Shown: positions 27,758 through 36,696, numbered from the stretch's first letter. The stretch: DNA of 64,000 bases from Patescibacteria group bacterium (GCA_026397045.1 JAPLVO010000008.1:20850-84849), one strand, 5' to 3'. Notes: a model not told the origin generated them from the letters alone. Made by a program: numbers and translations.

Positions 27758-28495
27758 CTATGGTACTAGCTTTGTGCCATCTAGTAGGCTGTTGAATGTC
27801 GCCGAATAAGTGTCGGGGTCATCGGTTCTAAATAGCATGATCTTCTCACGGTAAGGAATAATTACGATTTCTGCCTTACCGCCTGTCTTGTCATCAAATA
27901 CTCCTTTGTAACGACGACCTTTTATACCGGATACGGTGGCGTCTGAGGCTACAATTTTGCCGCCTGACTTCTTAGCCTCATCATCTAAAGACTTAATCTC
28001 TTTTTCATAGTCAGATTTCTTAAGATCGATGGAGAACTTATGCAGCTCACTGGTAATATCTACATATTGGGGGTCAGCCAAACCGTTGAAGGTCCCATCG
28101 GCAGGTTTTGGAGTTATAGAAAAGCTCCACAGCTTAGGGATTGGAACCTGAAAGCTTCCTAGCTCGGAGGGGGCACTATAGACAACTACACTCTTGCTCT
28201 GATCTATCAAGGCCTGCTTATCTGAAGCTGCTTTCTGCTCCGTCTTGCCTGTTGCCAAGCCAGAAGCGTACTGGGCATCTAAGGCTTGCTTCTTGGCGGC
28301 CGCGTTCTTGTTTGATGTAAGTATCAAAACAATTAATAATATGGCCAATATCCCCCCCACTACGCCGATGATAATAAATATCAAGGTATTGGCTGATTTC
28401 TTCTTTGGTGCGCCAGATGGCATGGCGGATGGATCTGGCAAGACGGATGCATTGGCATCTGGCTCGGGGTTGTTTAGTGGATTTTGGGGGTCCAT
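27758..28495 (-). CDS. Membrane-anchored hypothetical protein (PsbP/Mog1-like fold possible)
   Basis: Pro-rich N-terminus, single TM, F.VPIPK.WS, ATVSGIKG.RY, FNSLLD. Confidence 0.65.
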   Translation of the reverse strand: MDPQNPLNNPEPDANASVLPDPSAMPSGAPKKKSANTLIFIIIGVVGGILAILLIVLILTSNKNAAAKKQALDAQYASGLATGKTEQKAASDKQALIDQSKSVVVYSAPSELGSFQVPIPKLWSFSITPKPADGTFNGLADPQYVDITSELHKFSIDLKKSDYEKEIKSLDDEAKKSGGKIVASDATVSGIKGRRYKGVFDDKTGGKAEIVIIPYREKIMLFRTDDPDTYSATFNSLLDGTKLVP

Positions 28496-28499
28496 AAAA

Positions 28500-29030
28500 T
28501 TAATCTCCTGTTAAAATTGCTTGCCCTGGCTCCCAATCTATTGGACATAGGCCGCCAGTTTGCAGGGCCTGAACTACTCGCATTGTCTCGTCGACGCTAC
28601 GCCCGACATTACTATCTGAGAGTACCGCATACCTTAGCTTACCATCAGGGTCGATGATGAATGTACCTCTTTCGGATTCGCCATCTGCTTCATTTAGTAC
28701 TTCATAGGCAGTAGAGAGCTGGTGATTGGTATCGGCAAGGATAGGGAAATCGACATCTTTGAGGTCTCTCTCAAACCATGCTTTATGCGAATTAATACTA
28801 TCTGTACTCGCTGCTAAAATATAGGCATTGATCTTTTTAAATTCGGCACTCTTCTTGGCGAAACCCTCTATTTCTGTCGGGCAGACAAAGGTGAAGTCTC
28901 TGGGATAGAAAAATAGTACTACCCATTTACCTTTGTAGTCTTTCAGACTGATATCCTTGAAGTCTCCTTTGATGCCCTTCTGAAAGGCAGGCTGCTTAAA
29001 ATCTGGGGCTGGTTGGTTTAGTCTCAACAT
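28500..29030 (-). CDS. ahpC: 2-Cys peroxiredoxin AhpC/Prx1
   Basis: FYPRDFTFVCPTE and GLCP..W; AAGGAG SD. Confidence 0.93.
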   Translation of the reverse strand: MLRLNQPAPDFKQPAFQKGIKGDFKDISLKDYKGKWVVLFFYPRDFTFVCPTEIEGFAKKSAEFKKINAYILAASTDSINSHKAWFERDLKDVDFPILADTNHQLSTAYEVLNEADGESERGTFIIDPDGKLRYAVLSDSNVGRSVDETMRVVQALQTGGLCPIDWEPGQAILTGD

Positions 29031-29171
29031 TATTTTCTCCTTTAACTGATGATTAATTTAATATTTCCATTGCGACATCATAAGTGCCATTATTGTCTTA
29101 AATTACGATTAATAAAACTAATTACTTGTGTATGGGTTGTGTTTATATTGTACTACAGTAAGGACTTAAGC

Positions 29172-29654
29172 TCAAAATATATATATATTCGCTGGCCCGA
29201 TCTTTTGATCGATCTTCTTGCTTTCAAAGCTAAAGGCGTATGATATCACCACTGTTCCTGGTTTAAGTTCATTTTTGAACTTTTCATTTAAACGATGCAT
29301 ATAGGGGGCAGCCGAAAATATAAATACAACATCGGCCTTGGATAAATCAGCCTTCCAGTAATCGGTAATAACCACTTTCGCCTTTGGGTATTCACGCAAT
29401 CGGTATTTAGAGACCAGTGCAAGTACGGGATTGAGCTCATATCCAATGGCCTTATAACCGTGCTTGCTAGCCGACATTAGTACTCGTCCATCTCCACTGC
29501 CTAGGTCTACCACGGTGGACCCTTTTCTAATTTTAAGTACGGAGAATATGCCCTCTATAGCCTGATTATCTGTCGGAACAAAGGGGGCTCCGATAAACAC
29601 AATCATACCAAACGAAACAAATAGCAGTATAAGGAGTATCCAGATAATAATCAT
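29172..29654 (-). CDS. Membrane-anchored class I SAM methyltransferase
   Basis: GAPFVPT, VDLGSGDGR, GYELNP. Confidence 0.85.
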   Translation of the reverse strand: MIIIWILLILLFVSFGMIVFIGAPFVPTDNQAIEGIFSVLKIRKGSTVVDLGSGDGRVLMSASKHGYKAIGYELNPVLALVSKYRLREYPKAKVVITDYWKADLSKADVVFIFSAAPYMHRLNEKFKNELKPGTVVISYAFSFESKKIDQKIGPANIYIF

Positions 29655-29663
29655 TACAAAATT

Positions 29664-30137
29664 CTACCCGTTTACTTTTAGCCAGCTTATCACTTCGGGT
29701 ACTGTCTTGAGTGGTTGAATTTTAGGCCACATTGCTATGATCTTTAAATCTGGGCCCAACATAACCGCAGATCGCTGAGTACCAAAGAATTTACGCCCAT
29801 ACATGCTCCGCTCCTGCCAAGCTCCATAGGCCTCTATCATTTCATGCTCAGGATCAGCCAAAATATCAAAGGGCAAATGGTGATTTTGTTTGAATTTAAA
29901 ATGGCTAGCAGCACTGTCTTTACTAACCCCAACCACATCTACCCCTAAGGCCTGTAGTTCTTCAAAATGATCTCGCAGCGAACAGGATTGCGCCGTGCAG
30001 CCTGGAGTTTCGTCCTTTGGATAAAAATAAATCAAAGTCGTCTTACCCTTCAAGCTATCTAGGGTATGAGTCTTGCCATCCTGGTCTTGGATATTAAATA
30101 CTGGTGCCTTATCGCCTACCTTAAGTTCCATCTGCAC
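29664..30137 (-). CDS. bcp: Peroxiredoxin Q/BCP
   Basis: YFYPKDETPGCTAQSC. Confidence 0.93.
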   Translation of the reverse strand: MQMELKVGDKAPVFNIQDQDGKTHTLDSLKGKTTLIYFYPKDETPGCTAQSCSLRDHFEELQALGVDVVGVSKDSAASHFKFKQNHHLPFDILADPEHEMIEAYGAWQERSMYGRKFFGTQRSAVMLGPDLKIIAMWPKIQPLKTVPEVISWLKVNG

Positions 30138-30158
30138 TCCTTTATAATTAAAATGCCG

Positions 30159-30881
30159 TTACTGTTTAGGCCTGAGGTACTGGTCCCAGTAATGAAACAA
30201 CTTTGCAGTTGCGAATAGGTCCTCGGCATTGTATTTAGCAATCTCAATATTTTTACCTTCTAAATAGGCTGGCCCTACATCACTTCCGTCCATCCCAGAT
30301 TCTTTAGGGCTCTTGATGCCAAATGCCCGGCACCATCGGTGCAGGCTGCCTTTGAACATGGCGCCACCATAAAAAGTCAGTAGATCAAATAAATCGTGAT
30401 GGGTAGCCCCCCTGAGGCCCTTAGAGTTGTATCTATTACTTACGAGGTCCTTGCTTGGCCTGATGCCGTGTACAGCAGAGCGAACCATCATATATGGCAC
30501 ATCTGCGCGACGCCCAAAAAAGCTAATAAACTCATCGGTGATTTCTGCTAGCCCCCAAAATTTAGTAAGCATCTCGGCTTCATCCATTGCGACATATTTA
30601 ATTCCGTTTTCTTCTACATCATCGGCTTTCTTGCCTGCATTGTCATAATATACAGCGCCCTTCTCTTCATCAATATCATATACCCCAATAGCCACTATTT
30701 TACCCGTGAGAGGGCTAAATACTAGGTTTTGCTTAAGGTCTTTAAGTGCCCGTTCGTAGCCGTCAGGGTCTTTTTTGGGATCAGGCAATTTTTTGCTAAG
30801 GTCTTTTTTGGTGGCATCGTCGAACTTATCGAAATCCTCACCAACCATCTCTATGTCAAATACTAATCTTTTTTTATTCAT
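30159..30881 (-). CDS. PolB-related 3'-5' exonuclease (DEDD)
   Basis: VFDIE, G..ADVPY, H.DL.D, YNAED. True start is ATG 30881. Confidence 0.85.
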   Translation of the reverse strand: MNKKRLVFDIEMVGEDFDKFDDATKKDLSKKLPDPKKDPDGYERALKDLKQNLVFSPLTGKIVAIGVYDIDEEKGAVYYDNAGKKADDVEENGIKYVAMDEAEMLTKFWGLAEITDEFISFFGRRADVPYMMVRSAVHGIRPSKDLVSNRYNSKGLRGATHHDLFDLLTFYGGAMFKGSLHRWCRAFGIKSPKESGMDGSDVGPAYLEGKNIEIAKYNAEDLFATAKLFHYWDQYLRPKQ

Positions 30882-30899
30882 TTTTGTATTATAACAGAA

Positions 30900-30933
30900 A
30901 CAAACACCTGACAGTAATTGCTCAGGTGTTTGT
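30900..30933. terminator. Hairpin terminator after DEAD helicase
   Basis: ACAAACACCTGA-N10-TCAGGTGTTTGT. Confidence 0.65.
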
Positions 30934-30972
30934 TTATAAAATGTTGCTTCGCCCAATTGGACGACTCGATAG

Positions 30973-32190
30973 TTAACCAGCGATGAAGGTAAGCGCCTTA
31001 CCGGTCTTGCCAGCTCGTCCAGTTCGGCCAATTCGGTGTATGTAGTCCTCATAGTTATTAGGCTGATCGAAGTTAATAACATGACTAACATTAGGTATAT
31101 CTAGGCCACGGGCTGCTACATCGGTAGCTACTAATATACCTACCTTGCCGTCCTTAAAGGCGCGCAGTGCGCGCTGGCGCTGAGGCTGGGATTTGTTGCC
31201 ATGAATAGCTTCTGCTGGCAATCCTGCCCTAGTTAAGCTATCAGCAAGCTTTTGGACCCCAAATTTAGTCTCGCCGAATACTAGCACCTTCTCGAAATCC
31301 TCGGAACTAAGTAGGTCATTGAGTATTTGTATTTTTGCTTCCTTAGAGCCAGCCCTAACTACATCTTGCTCGATGTGCTCGCTAGTTTCACGAGTACGAA
31401 CTGATATTGTAACTGGGTCTTTAAGCATTGAATCTAGCAAAAACTGAATTTGCGGAGTAATAGTAGCGCTAAAACATAGCGATTGGCGCTCGCTAGGTAG
31501 CTCGGCCAAGATTTCTTTGATGTCTGGCAAAAATCCCATATCTAGCATTCTGTCGGCCTCATCAAGTACCAAAGTGGTTACAAATTGCAGCTTCAGCTCG
31601 CGTTTTTGCATGAGATCTTTTAGCCGGCCTGGTGTGCCGATAATAAACTGCGGGCGACGACGCAAGTCGCGGATTTGCTTCTGCATGTTAACACCGCCAA
31701 CGCATATTGCCGAGTAAAGATTAAGATTTGTAGCGAACGATTTGAACTCTTCATCGATTTGCATCGCTAGCTCTCGGGTCGGTGCCATAATAAGCACGGC
31801 CTTTTGGCCAGGATTAGTTTTGATCCTATTAATAATCGGTAGCACGAAAGCAGCAGTTTTGCCGGTACCAGTATTGGCTAGGCCAATTACATCTCGACCT
31901 TCAAGGATTGGCTTAATAGCTCCATCTTGAATAGCTGTTGGGTACTCGTGGCCTTTTTTGGTGATATTGGCCTGCAAATCGGCTACAAAACCGAAGTCGC
32001 TAAATTTGTGAACTGGCACAAACTCAACCCTGTCGATTTTTTCGACTGCTTTATTGATATATTTAGTGGGGTCAATGTAAGCCTTACCCCGGTTGTTTCT
32101 GCGGTTGTTGCCTCGGCTATTTGAGCCAAAGGACCGCGATTGGTTACCGCCTCGTTTAGAACGAGAAGCGGAAAAAGATCTGTATGCCAT
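30973..32190 (-). CDS. DEAD-box RNA helicase
   Basis: TGTGKT, PTRELA, TPGRL, DEAD, SAT, HRIGRTGR; R/N/G-rich N-terminus. Confidence 0.96.
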   Translation of the reverse strand: MAYRSFSASRSKRGGNQSRSFGSNSRGNNRRNNRGKAYIDPTKYINKAVEKIDRVEFVPVHKFSDFGFVADLQANITKKGHEYPTAIQDGAIKPILEGRDVIGLANTGTGKTAAFVLPIINRIKTNPGQKAVLIMAPTRELAMQIDEEFKSFATNLNLYSAICVGGVNMQKQIRDLRRRPQFIIGTPGRLKDLMQKRELKLQFVTTLVLDEADRMLDMGFLPDIKEILAELPSERQSLCFSATITPQIQFLLDSMLKDPVTISVRTRETSEHIEQDVVRAGSKEAKIQILNDLLSSEDFEKVLVFGETKFGVQKLADSLTRAGLPAEAIHGNKSQPQRQRALRAFKDGKVGILVATDVAARGLDIPNVSHVINFDQPNNYEDYIHRIGRTGRAGKTGKALTFIAG

Positions 32191-32400
32191 TAAATACCTT
32201 TCTGTTCAATGGATGAACAGCGAAGTAATAGTTAGAACTATATCGGTATTCATCATTATCTTTAATTGGTGATACAATAATAACATAAGTTATATATGGT
32301 GTCAATTATATTATTTTGCTAAGCGTAATCAGCTACAAGCCTTAGCAATTGAAATATATAGCATTTTTTGCTATGCTTATCAGGTTAGCAGGGCTAACAA

Positions 32401-32475
32401 TGGGGCGTCGCCAAGTGGTAAGGCAACGGTTTTTGGTACCGTCATACGCAGGTTCGAACCCTGCCGCCCCAGCCA
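32401..32475 (+). tRNA. tRNA-Gln (UUG)
   Basis: Full cloverleaf: TGGGGCG/CGCCCCA acceptor, ACGGT-TTTTGGT-ACCGT anticodon arm, GGTTCGAAC T loop, encoded CCA. Confidence 0.97.
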
Positions 32476-32480
32476 TCCAA

Positions 32481-32508
32481 AGAGCCGGTACATTAGTGCC
32501 GGTTTTTT
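32481..32508 (+). terminator. tRNA terminator
   Basis: GCCGGTAC-ATTA-GTGCCGGT followed by a T run. Confidence 0.75.
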
Positions 32509-32554
32509 GGATAGTTTTGTGGGCAGGGTGAGAAGCCTATCCGCTTCTGGCGGA

Positions 32555-32573
32555 AACCCTGCCGCCCCAGCCA
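32555..32573 (+). repeat. Direct repeat of the tRNA-Gln 3' end
   Basis: AACCCTGCCGCCCCAGCCA is identical to 32457-32475. Confidence 0.9.
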
Positions 32574-32589
32574 ATAGTACTTATGATTA

Positions 32590-33723
32590 TTATTCTAGAT
32601 ACCCGCCTGTTCCTTTGTTTATTTTTGAATAAATCTGTTTATATATTATGTTTGCTTCAGAGTGAGTTAGTGACTTTTCTAAATGACGAAGCGTAATGCG
32701 TACAAGCACATTCTTTTGATTAGGGTTAATGCCTAAGCGACTTCTAGCCTTATCGGGCAATACTTCGTAGCTCGTTTCGCTTAAAATCTCTACACTCTCA
32801 AGGGAATCAAGTTTATTTCCAAGTGCATCGCGAATATCAGAGCTAATATCTTCTTCAACATAACCACTCGGTACACTATAAGATATATCTCGTACAATAG
32901 CGGGCTGATTTGATACCGCCCTGTAAGGTTCAAGATTACCCATTTGTTCAGCAATCTTAGGGTTGCTAGATCGTAGATAACGAACATCCGAAATGCCTTT
33001 AAGGGTCATAACCAAACGATCTAGGCCCATACCCAATGCCCAGCCAGAGTATTCACTTGGGTCAAGACCCGCATTTGTTAAGATTTTTTCTTTTATCAAT
33101 CCACATTCCAGGATCTCAATATCATGATCACTTTGTACCGCGTTTACTTCGATACCTTCGTTCGTATAAGGATGTGGTGAATCTACAATACGCAACTTCC
33201 AGCCTGGTGCAGCAGTTTTCGCCACGCCCTTTACGACGATAACTAGATCGTCCTTTACAATTGTTTTGCGGGCAGAGTTTTTTACAATTCTCCACATTTC
33301 AAGCATGTGGACTTCACTTACGTGTTTTTTATCAGACACATCACGCCTATAGGCTAATCCTGGTAGCAGTATAACGACATCATCCCAATCATCTCGCCTT
33401 GCAAGCTCTCTTAAGATACCTGGCAGGTGTGCACTGGTGTGGGTACGAAGTATATGTGAATTATCGACATAATGTGTGTAAGTTGAGGAACGGCTTATAT
33501 TGTCGCCAGAAATTAAGAGATTGTCGTAATTGTCTTCTACAGTGACCACAGGGTCTTTTCGATACACTAAAACTTCACTTTGCGGGTGACTTGAACGCAT
33601 ATACTGTTCGACTTTTTCATATACCATCTTAATAGCATGGGGTTTTTGTGACTGCGTAAGGTCACTAATTGCTAGGTATTTCTTAAGTGACTCCTGGCTG
33701 ATAGGCTCAATATACATTTTCAT
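32590..33723 (-). CDS. Monomeric PheRS-like ligase (PheS-type catalytic domain + FDX anticodon-binding domain; PheS-related SrmL-like)
   Basis: LRTHTSAH, YRRD, HPYT, EILECG, GWALGMGLDRL, C-terminal RDIS domain; ATG 33723 with AAGGAG SD. Confidence 0.85.
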   Translation of the reverse strand: MKMYIEPISQESLKKYLAISDLTQSQKPHAIKMVYEKVEQYMRSSHPQSEVLVYRKDPVVTVEDNYDNLLISGDNISRSSTYTHYVDNSHILRTHTSAHLPGILRELARRDDWDDVVILLPGLAYRRDVSDKKHVSEVHMLEMWRIVKNSARKTIVKDDLVIVVKGVAKTAAPGWKLRIVDSPHPYTNEGIEVNAVQSDHDIEILECGLIKEKILTNAGLDPSEYSGWALGMGLDRLVMTLKGISDVRYLRSSNPKIAEQMGNLEPYRAVSNQPAIVRDISYSVPSGYVEEDISSDIRDALGNKLDSLESVEILSETSYEVLPDKARSRLGINPNQKNVLVRITLRHLEKSLTHSEANIIYKQIYSKINKGTGGYLE

Positions 33724-33765
33724 TTTAATACTCCTTATTATTATTTTAGTTGTTCGAGGCAAAAT

Positions 33766-33790
33766 AAAAAACCTGCCTCGAGGGCAGGTT
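33766..33790 (-). terminator. Attenuator terminator upstream of the PheRS-like gene
   Basis: AACCTGCC-CTCGA-GGCAGGTT-TTTT on the - strand. Confidence 0.8.
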
Positions 33791-33812
33791 CCAAATTATG
33801 GCAATGGGGACT

Positions 33813-33872
33813 CTATCCTCGAAACGGGTTGAGAATAAAGTTAAAAAATAAGTTGTGCGAGCACGTTTTCAT
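33813..33872 (-). CDS. Phe-rich leader peptide MKTCSHNLFFNFILNPFRG
   Basis: 19 aa with four TTT codons, located between a TTGTAA-17-TATTGT promoter and the terminator. Confidence 0.7.
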   Translation of the reverse strand: MKTCSHNLFFNFILNPFRG

Positions 33873-34019
33873 GAGGCCTACAATATCATAAATAAATATG
33901 GATTACAAGCCTTTTACGCTTATTGATATATGCTTTGGTGTATAATTAAAGCAGTTCTAACCTGGGTTACAATGCTTAGCCACCTTTAAAACAATCGACA
34001 ATAGTCGGTTTTTTTGTAT

Positions 34020-35294
34020 TTATAAATACTTATTTAGGCTATTCACATACTTAATAATACTTGCATTGCCAGATCTATTAGCGTACATCTGCATGTTGCC
34101 AATAATTTTGCGATTAGCCTTTATGTCTTCTGCAGTATCAAGCTTACCTAGTTTTTTCTGTTCTTGCGAAAACAAACCTGCGTAACATTTTTTAACTGCA
34201 TCATGCTCACCAATCTCCCCAAAAGCTTTTAGCGCAGTATAATAGTCCCCTTTAGAGAAATAATATGCACCCTTGTTGTGATATATAGAATTATTAAGTT
34301 TAGCCCGATCAAGGGAATACTGGGCGAAGTTGAGGGCTTTTTTGTATTCGTTTCCTCGCATAAAATAAATTGCACCATTGTGGCCAGCCATATGAATAAG
34401 CTTAGGCTCATCGCTTTGTTTGGCGTACTTTAGGGCCTTAGCGTAGCTAGAACTGCCACAAAAATCTACCACGACATTATTATAGGCAGCTGCCAGGTTC
34501 TTTTCGACAATGTCGCGCTGACTACTGAGTATGTAGGCAATACGGGCAGACTCTAGCAGTGACTCGGCAGAAACATCGTGGGTCTTAAAATATTGGTCGC
34601 TAACATCAAGTAGATTTATACTTACAATCTCTTCGATAGGTAATAAATTCTGGTTAGGCTTTTTGTAGTTAGCGAAAGTTCCACTGGTGGCCTCAATATC
34701 AGCGCCCTTAAAATGCAGTGCGACATGACCCGGATAAGTCTTTATTTCTAGGTCCTTAATATCATGTCTTAGCGAATAAAGGTGTATATATAATGTAACA
34801 ATTTGGTTGCAATCACCCTCCAGCATATTTTTGCCCGGATCCTTCAAGAGTTCTCCAAAAGTACAAGATTTGCGGTATTTGTAGCGCCCAGCATGCGGGG
34901 ACAAGTATGACATTATACTGCGCAGGTATTGCAGCTGCTCAGCATGCTCGGAGAGATTTTTGCTATCTATGCCAGCTGCACTAATCTCGGCCAAGACTTG
35001 ATCTACAGAATGTTTGTTTTTAGACAAATAAATCTCAAAGCTGCTGGCAATGGCCAGAGAGTTATTATAGAGCTCGCGCCTTTTTGCTTTTTTTAGGTAT
35101 TTATAGCCGCGGTATTTGAATTCACTCCAAAGATTAATACCTATAATGTTGTTTTGCAAGAACCAGTCTAGATCTTTCCTGATATCATCTTTAGTTTGGT
35201 GCTCATCTAGCTTGGCAAAAAACTTAGCCACCCTGCGCTCGCTAGGGTCAGTGTTATTACTAAATAAATAAAATATTTTTTGAAAAATGTTCAT
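34020..35294 (-). CDS. Transglutaminase-like domain + TPR-like repeats protein
   Basis: GDCNQ...GHVALH...IEAT candidate triad; helical YxxAL repeats at the C-terminus. Confidence 0.65.
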   Translation of the reverse strand: MNIFQKIFYLFSNNTDPSERRVAKFFAKLDEHQTKDDIRKDLDWFLQNNIIGINLWSEFKYRGYKYLKKAKRRELYNNSLAIASSFEIYLSKNKHSVDQVLAEISAAGIDSKNLSEHAEQLQYLRSIMSYLSPHAGRYKYRKSCTFGELLKDPGKNMLEGDCNQIVTLYIHLYSLRHDIKDLEIKTYPGHVALHFKGADIEATSGTFANYKKPNQNLLPIEEIVSINLLDVSDQYFKTHDVSAESLLESARIAYILSSQRDIVEKNLAAAYNNVVVDFCGSSSYAKALKYAKQSDEPKLIHMAGHNGAIYFMRGNEYKKALNFAQYSLDRAKLNNSIYHNKGAYYFSKGDYYTALKAFGEIGEHDAVKKCYAGLFSQEQKKLGKLDTAEDIKANRKIIGNMQMYANRSGNASIIKYVNSLNKYL

Positions 35295-35340
35295 GCTATA
35301 TTGTGGCGGTCTTATTCTAGCGTTAAAATCAGCGTACTAA

Positions 35341-35811
35341 CTACAGCAGCTTCTTGATATCGTCTTCCATTTTGATTGGTTCTAGATTGCTAGCAAATCG
35401 GGCTACGACATTACCTTCTCTATCAATCAAAAACTTTGTAAAGTTCCATTTTATGGCACTTAGTAAGCCGCCTTTTTGTTTTTTTAGGTATTTATACAGA
35501 GGGTCGGCATTTTTGCCGTTGACATCAATCTTTGCGAAAGTCTCAAAAGTTGTTTTATAGCGCATGGCGCAAATATTGGCTATTTCTTCGTCTGATTCTG
35601 GAGCCTGATTGGCAAATTGATTGCAGGGAAAATCTAGAATCTCTAGGCCGTCTTTGTGGTATTTTTTATATAGCTTCTCTAGGCCTTCATATTGAGGGGT
35701 AAAGCCACAGTGAGTCGCGGTGTTGACTATAAGTAGTACCTTGCCGCGGTATTTAGTCATCTCTTGCATCTTGCCATCTACTTGCTTGATCTTATAGTCA
35801 TATATACTCAA
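35341..35811 (-). CDS. Glutathione peroxidase family (Cys-type)
   Basis: VNTATHCGFT, FPCNQF, WNFTKFL. Confidence 0.95.
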   Translation of the reverse strand: MSIYDYKIKQVDGKMQEMTKYRGKVLLIVNTATHCGFTPQYEGLEKLYKKYHKDGLEILDFPCNQFANQAPESDEEIANICAMRYKTTFETFAKIDVNGKNADPLYKYLKKQKGGLLSAIKWNFTKFLIDREGNVVARFASNLEPIKMEDDIKKLL

Positions 35812-35916
35812 AATATTTAGTTCCTTGTTTACTTGTTATAGTTCTATTTTACTACACTTGGCTGTGTTTTAGATGCCTAAATACAAATGGCTTTGCTATA
35901 ATAGCAGTCATATATC

Positions 35917-36696
35917 ATGATAATTTTACTTCACTCATCTAAGACAATGAAGGCCACCAAGCTAGTAGGGCTAGAGCTATCTAAGCCGGCGCTGGCGGCT
36001 CAAGCTCAAGAGCTAGGGGTCTATTTGGCGAGCTTAAAGCTCGGAGAGATTCAGGCCGTCATGGGGGTTTCTGGCAATCTGGCTCAAGAAATCATGACCA
36101 CAGCTAGTAGCTGGCCAGCTGCTCAAGACAAGGGCTCAGCCCTGCATAGCTTTCGGGGGGATGTTTTTAGTGGCTTGCAGGTGGCAAGCTTTGATAAAAA
36201 AGATCTAGCATATGCCAACCAACACCTCAAAATAATTTCTGGCCTGTATGGCCTTTTGCGGCCGCTTGATGCCGTGTCGCCTTATCGGCTAGAGATGGGC
36301 TACAAGCTGATTCGCGAGCCCTTCACCAGCTTGTATAAGTTCTGGAGTGATACGCTAGCCAAGCTACTACCAGCAGGCCAGCCAATTGTTAATTTGACTT
36401 CTCTAGAGTATGGGCGGGCCATTGTGCCTTATCTAGACAAGAGCTTAGTCATAAGCCCGCGATTTTATACATACAACGCCAAGGCTCGTCAGTACACCAG
36501 CGTAGCCGTGCATTCTAAAATAGCCCGCGGGGCCTTTGCGCACTGGCTTATAACTAAACGCATCAATAAGGTTTCAGAGCTAACTAATTTTGATGAGATC
36601 GGCTATAGGTATGAGGCCTCGCTAAGCACCCCACTGGCGCCAGCCTTTGTGTGTCGTGATTTTATGGGCAAAGGGCTGAGTGTTAGGCTGGGTTAA
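35917..36696 (+). CDS. yaaA: YaaA/DUF328 peroxide-stress protein
   Basis: SSKTM, ISGLYGLLRPLD...YRLEMG, NLTS.EY, KIARG. Confidence 0.9.
   Translation: MIILLHSSKTMKATKLVGLELSKPALAAQAQELGVYLASLKLGEIQAVMGVSGNLAQEIMTTASSWPAAQDKGSALHSFRGDVFSGLQVASFDKKDLAYANQHLKIISGLYGLLRPLDAVSPYRLEMGYKLIREPFTSLYKFWSDTLAKLLPAGQPIVNLTSLEYGRAIVPYLDKSLVISPRFYTYNAKARQYTSVAVHSKIARGAFAHWLITKRINKVSELTNFDEIGYRYEASLSTPLAPAFVCRDFMGKGLSVRLG

Noticed and set aside
30882-31091. N-terminal 70-aa extension of the exonuclease ORF
   Set aside because: It overlaps the helicase 3' end and its terminator; the real start is ATG 30881.
33948-33995. preQ1 riboswitch (GTTCTA... A-run)
   Set aside because: The P1 stem and 3' tail do not fit, and there is no downstream + strand gene.
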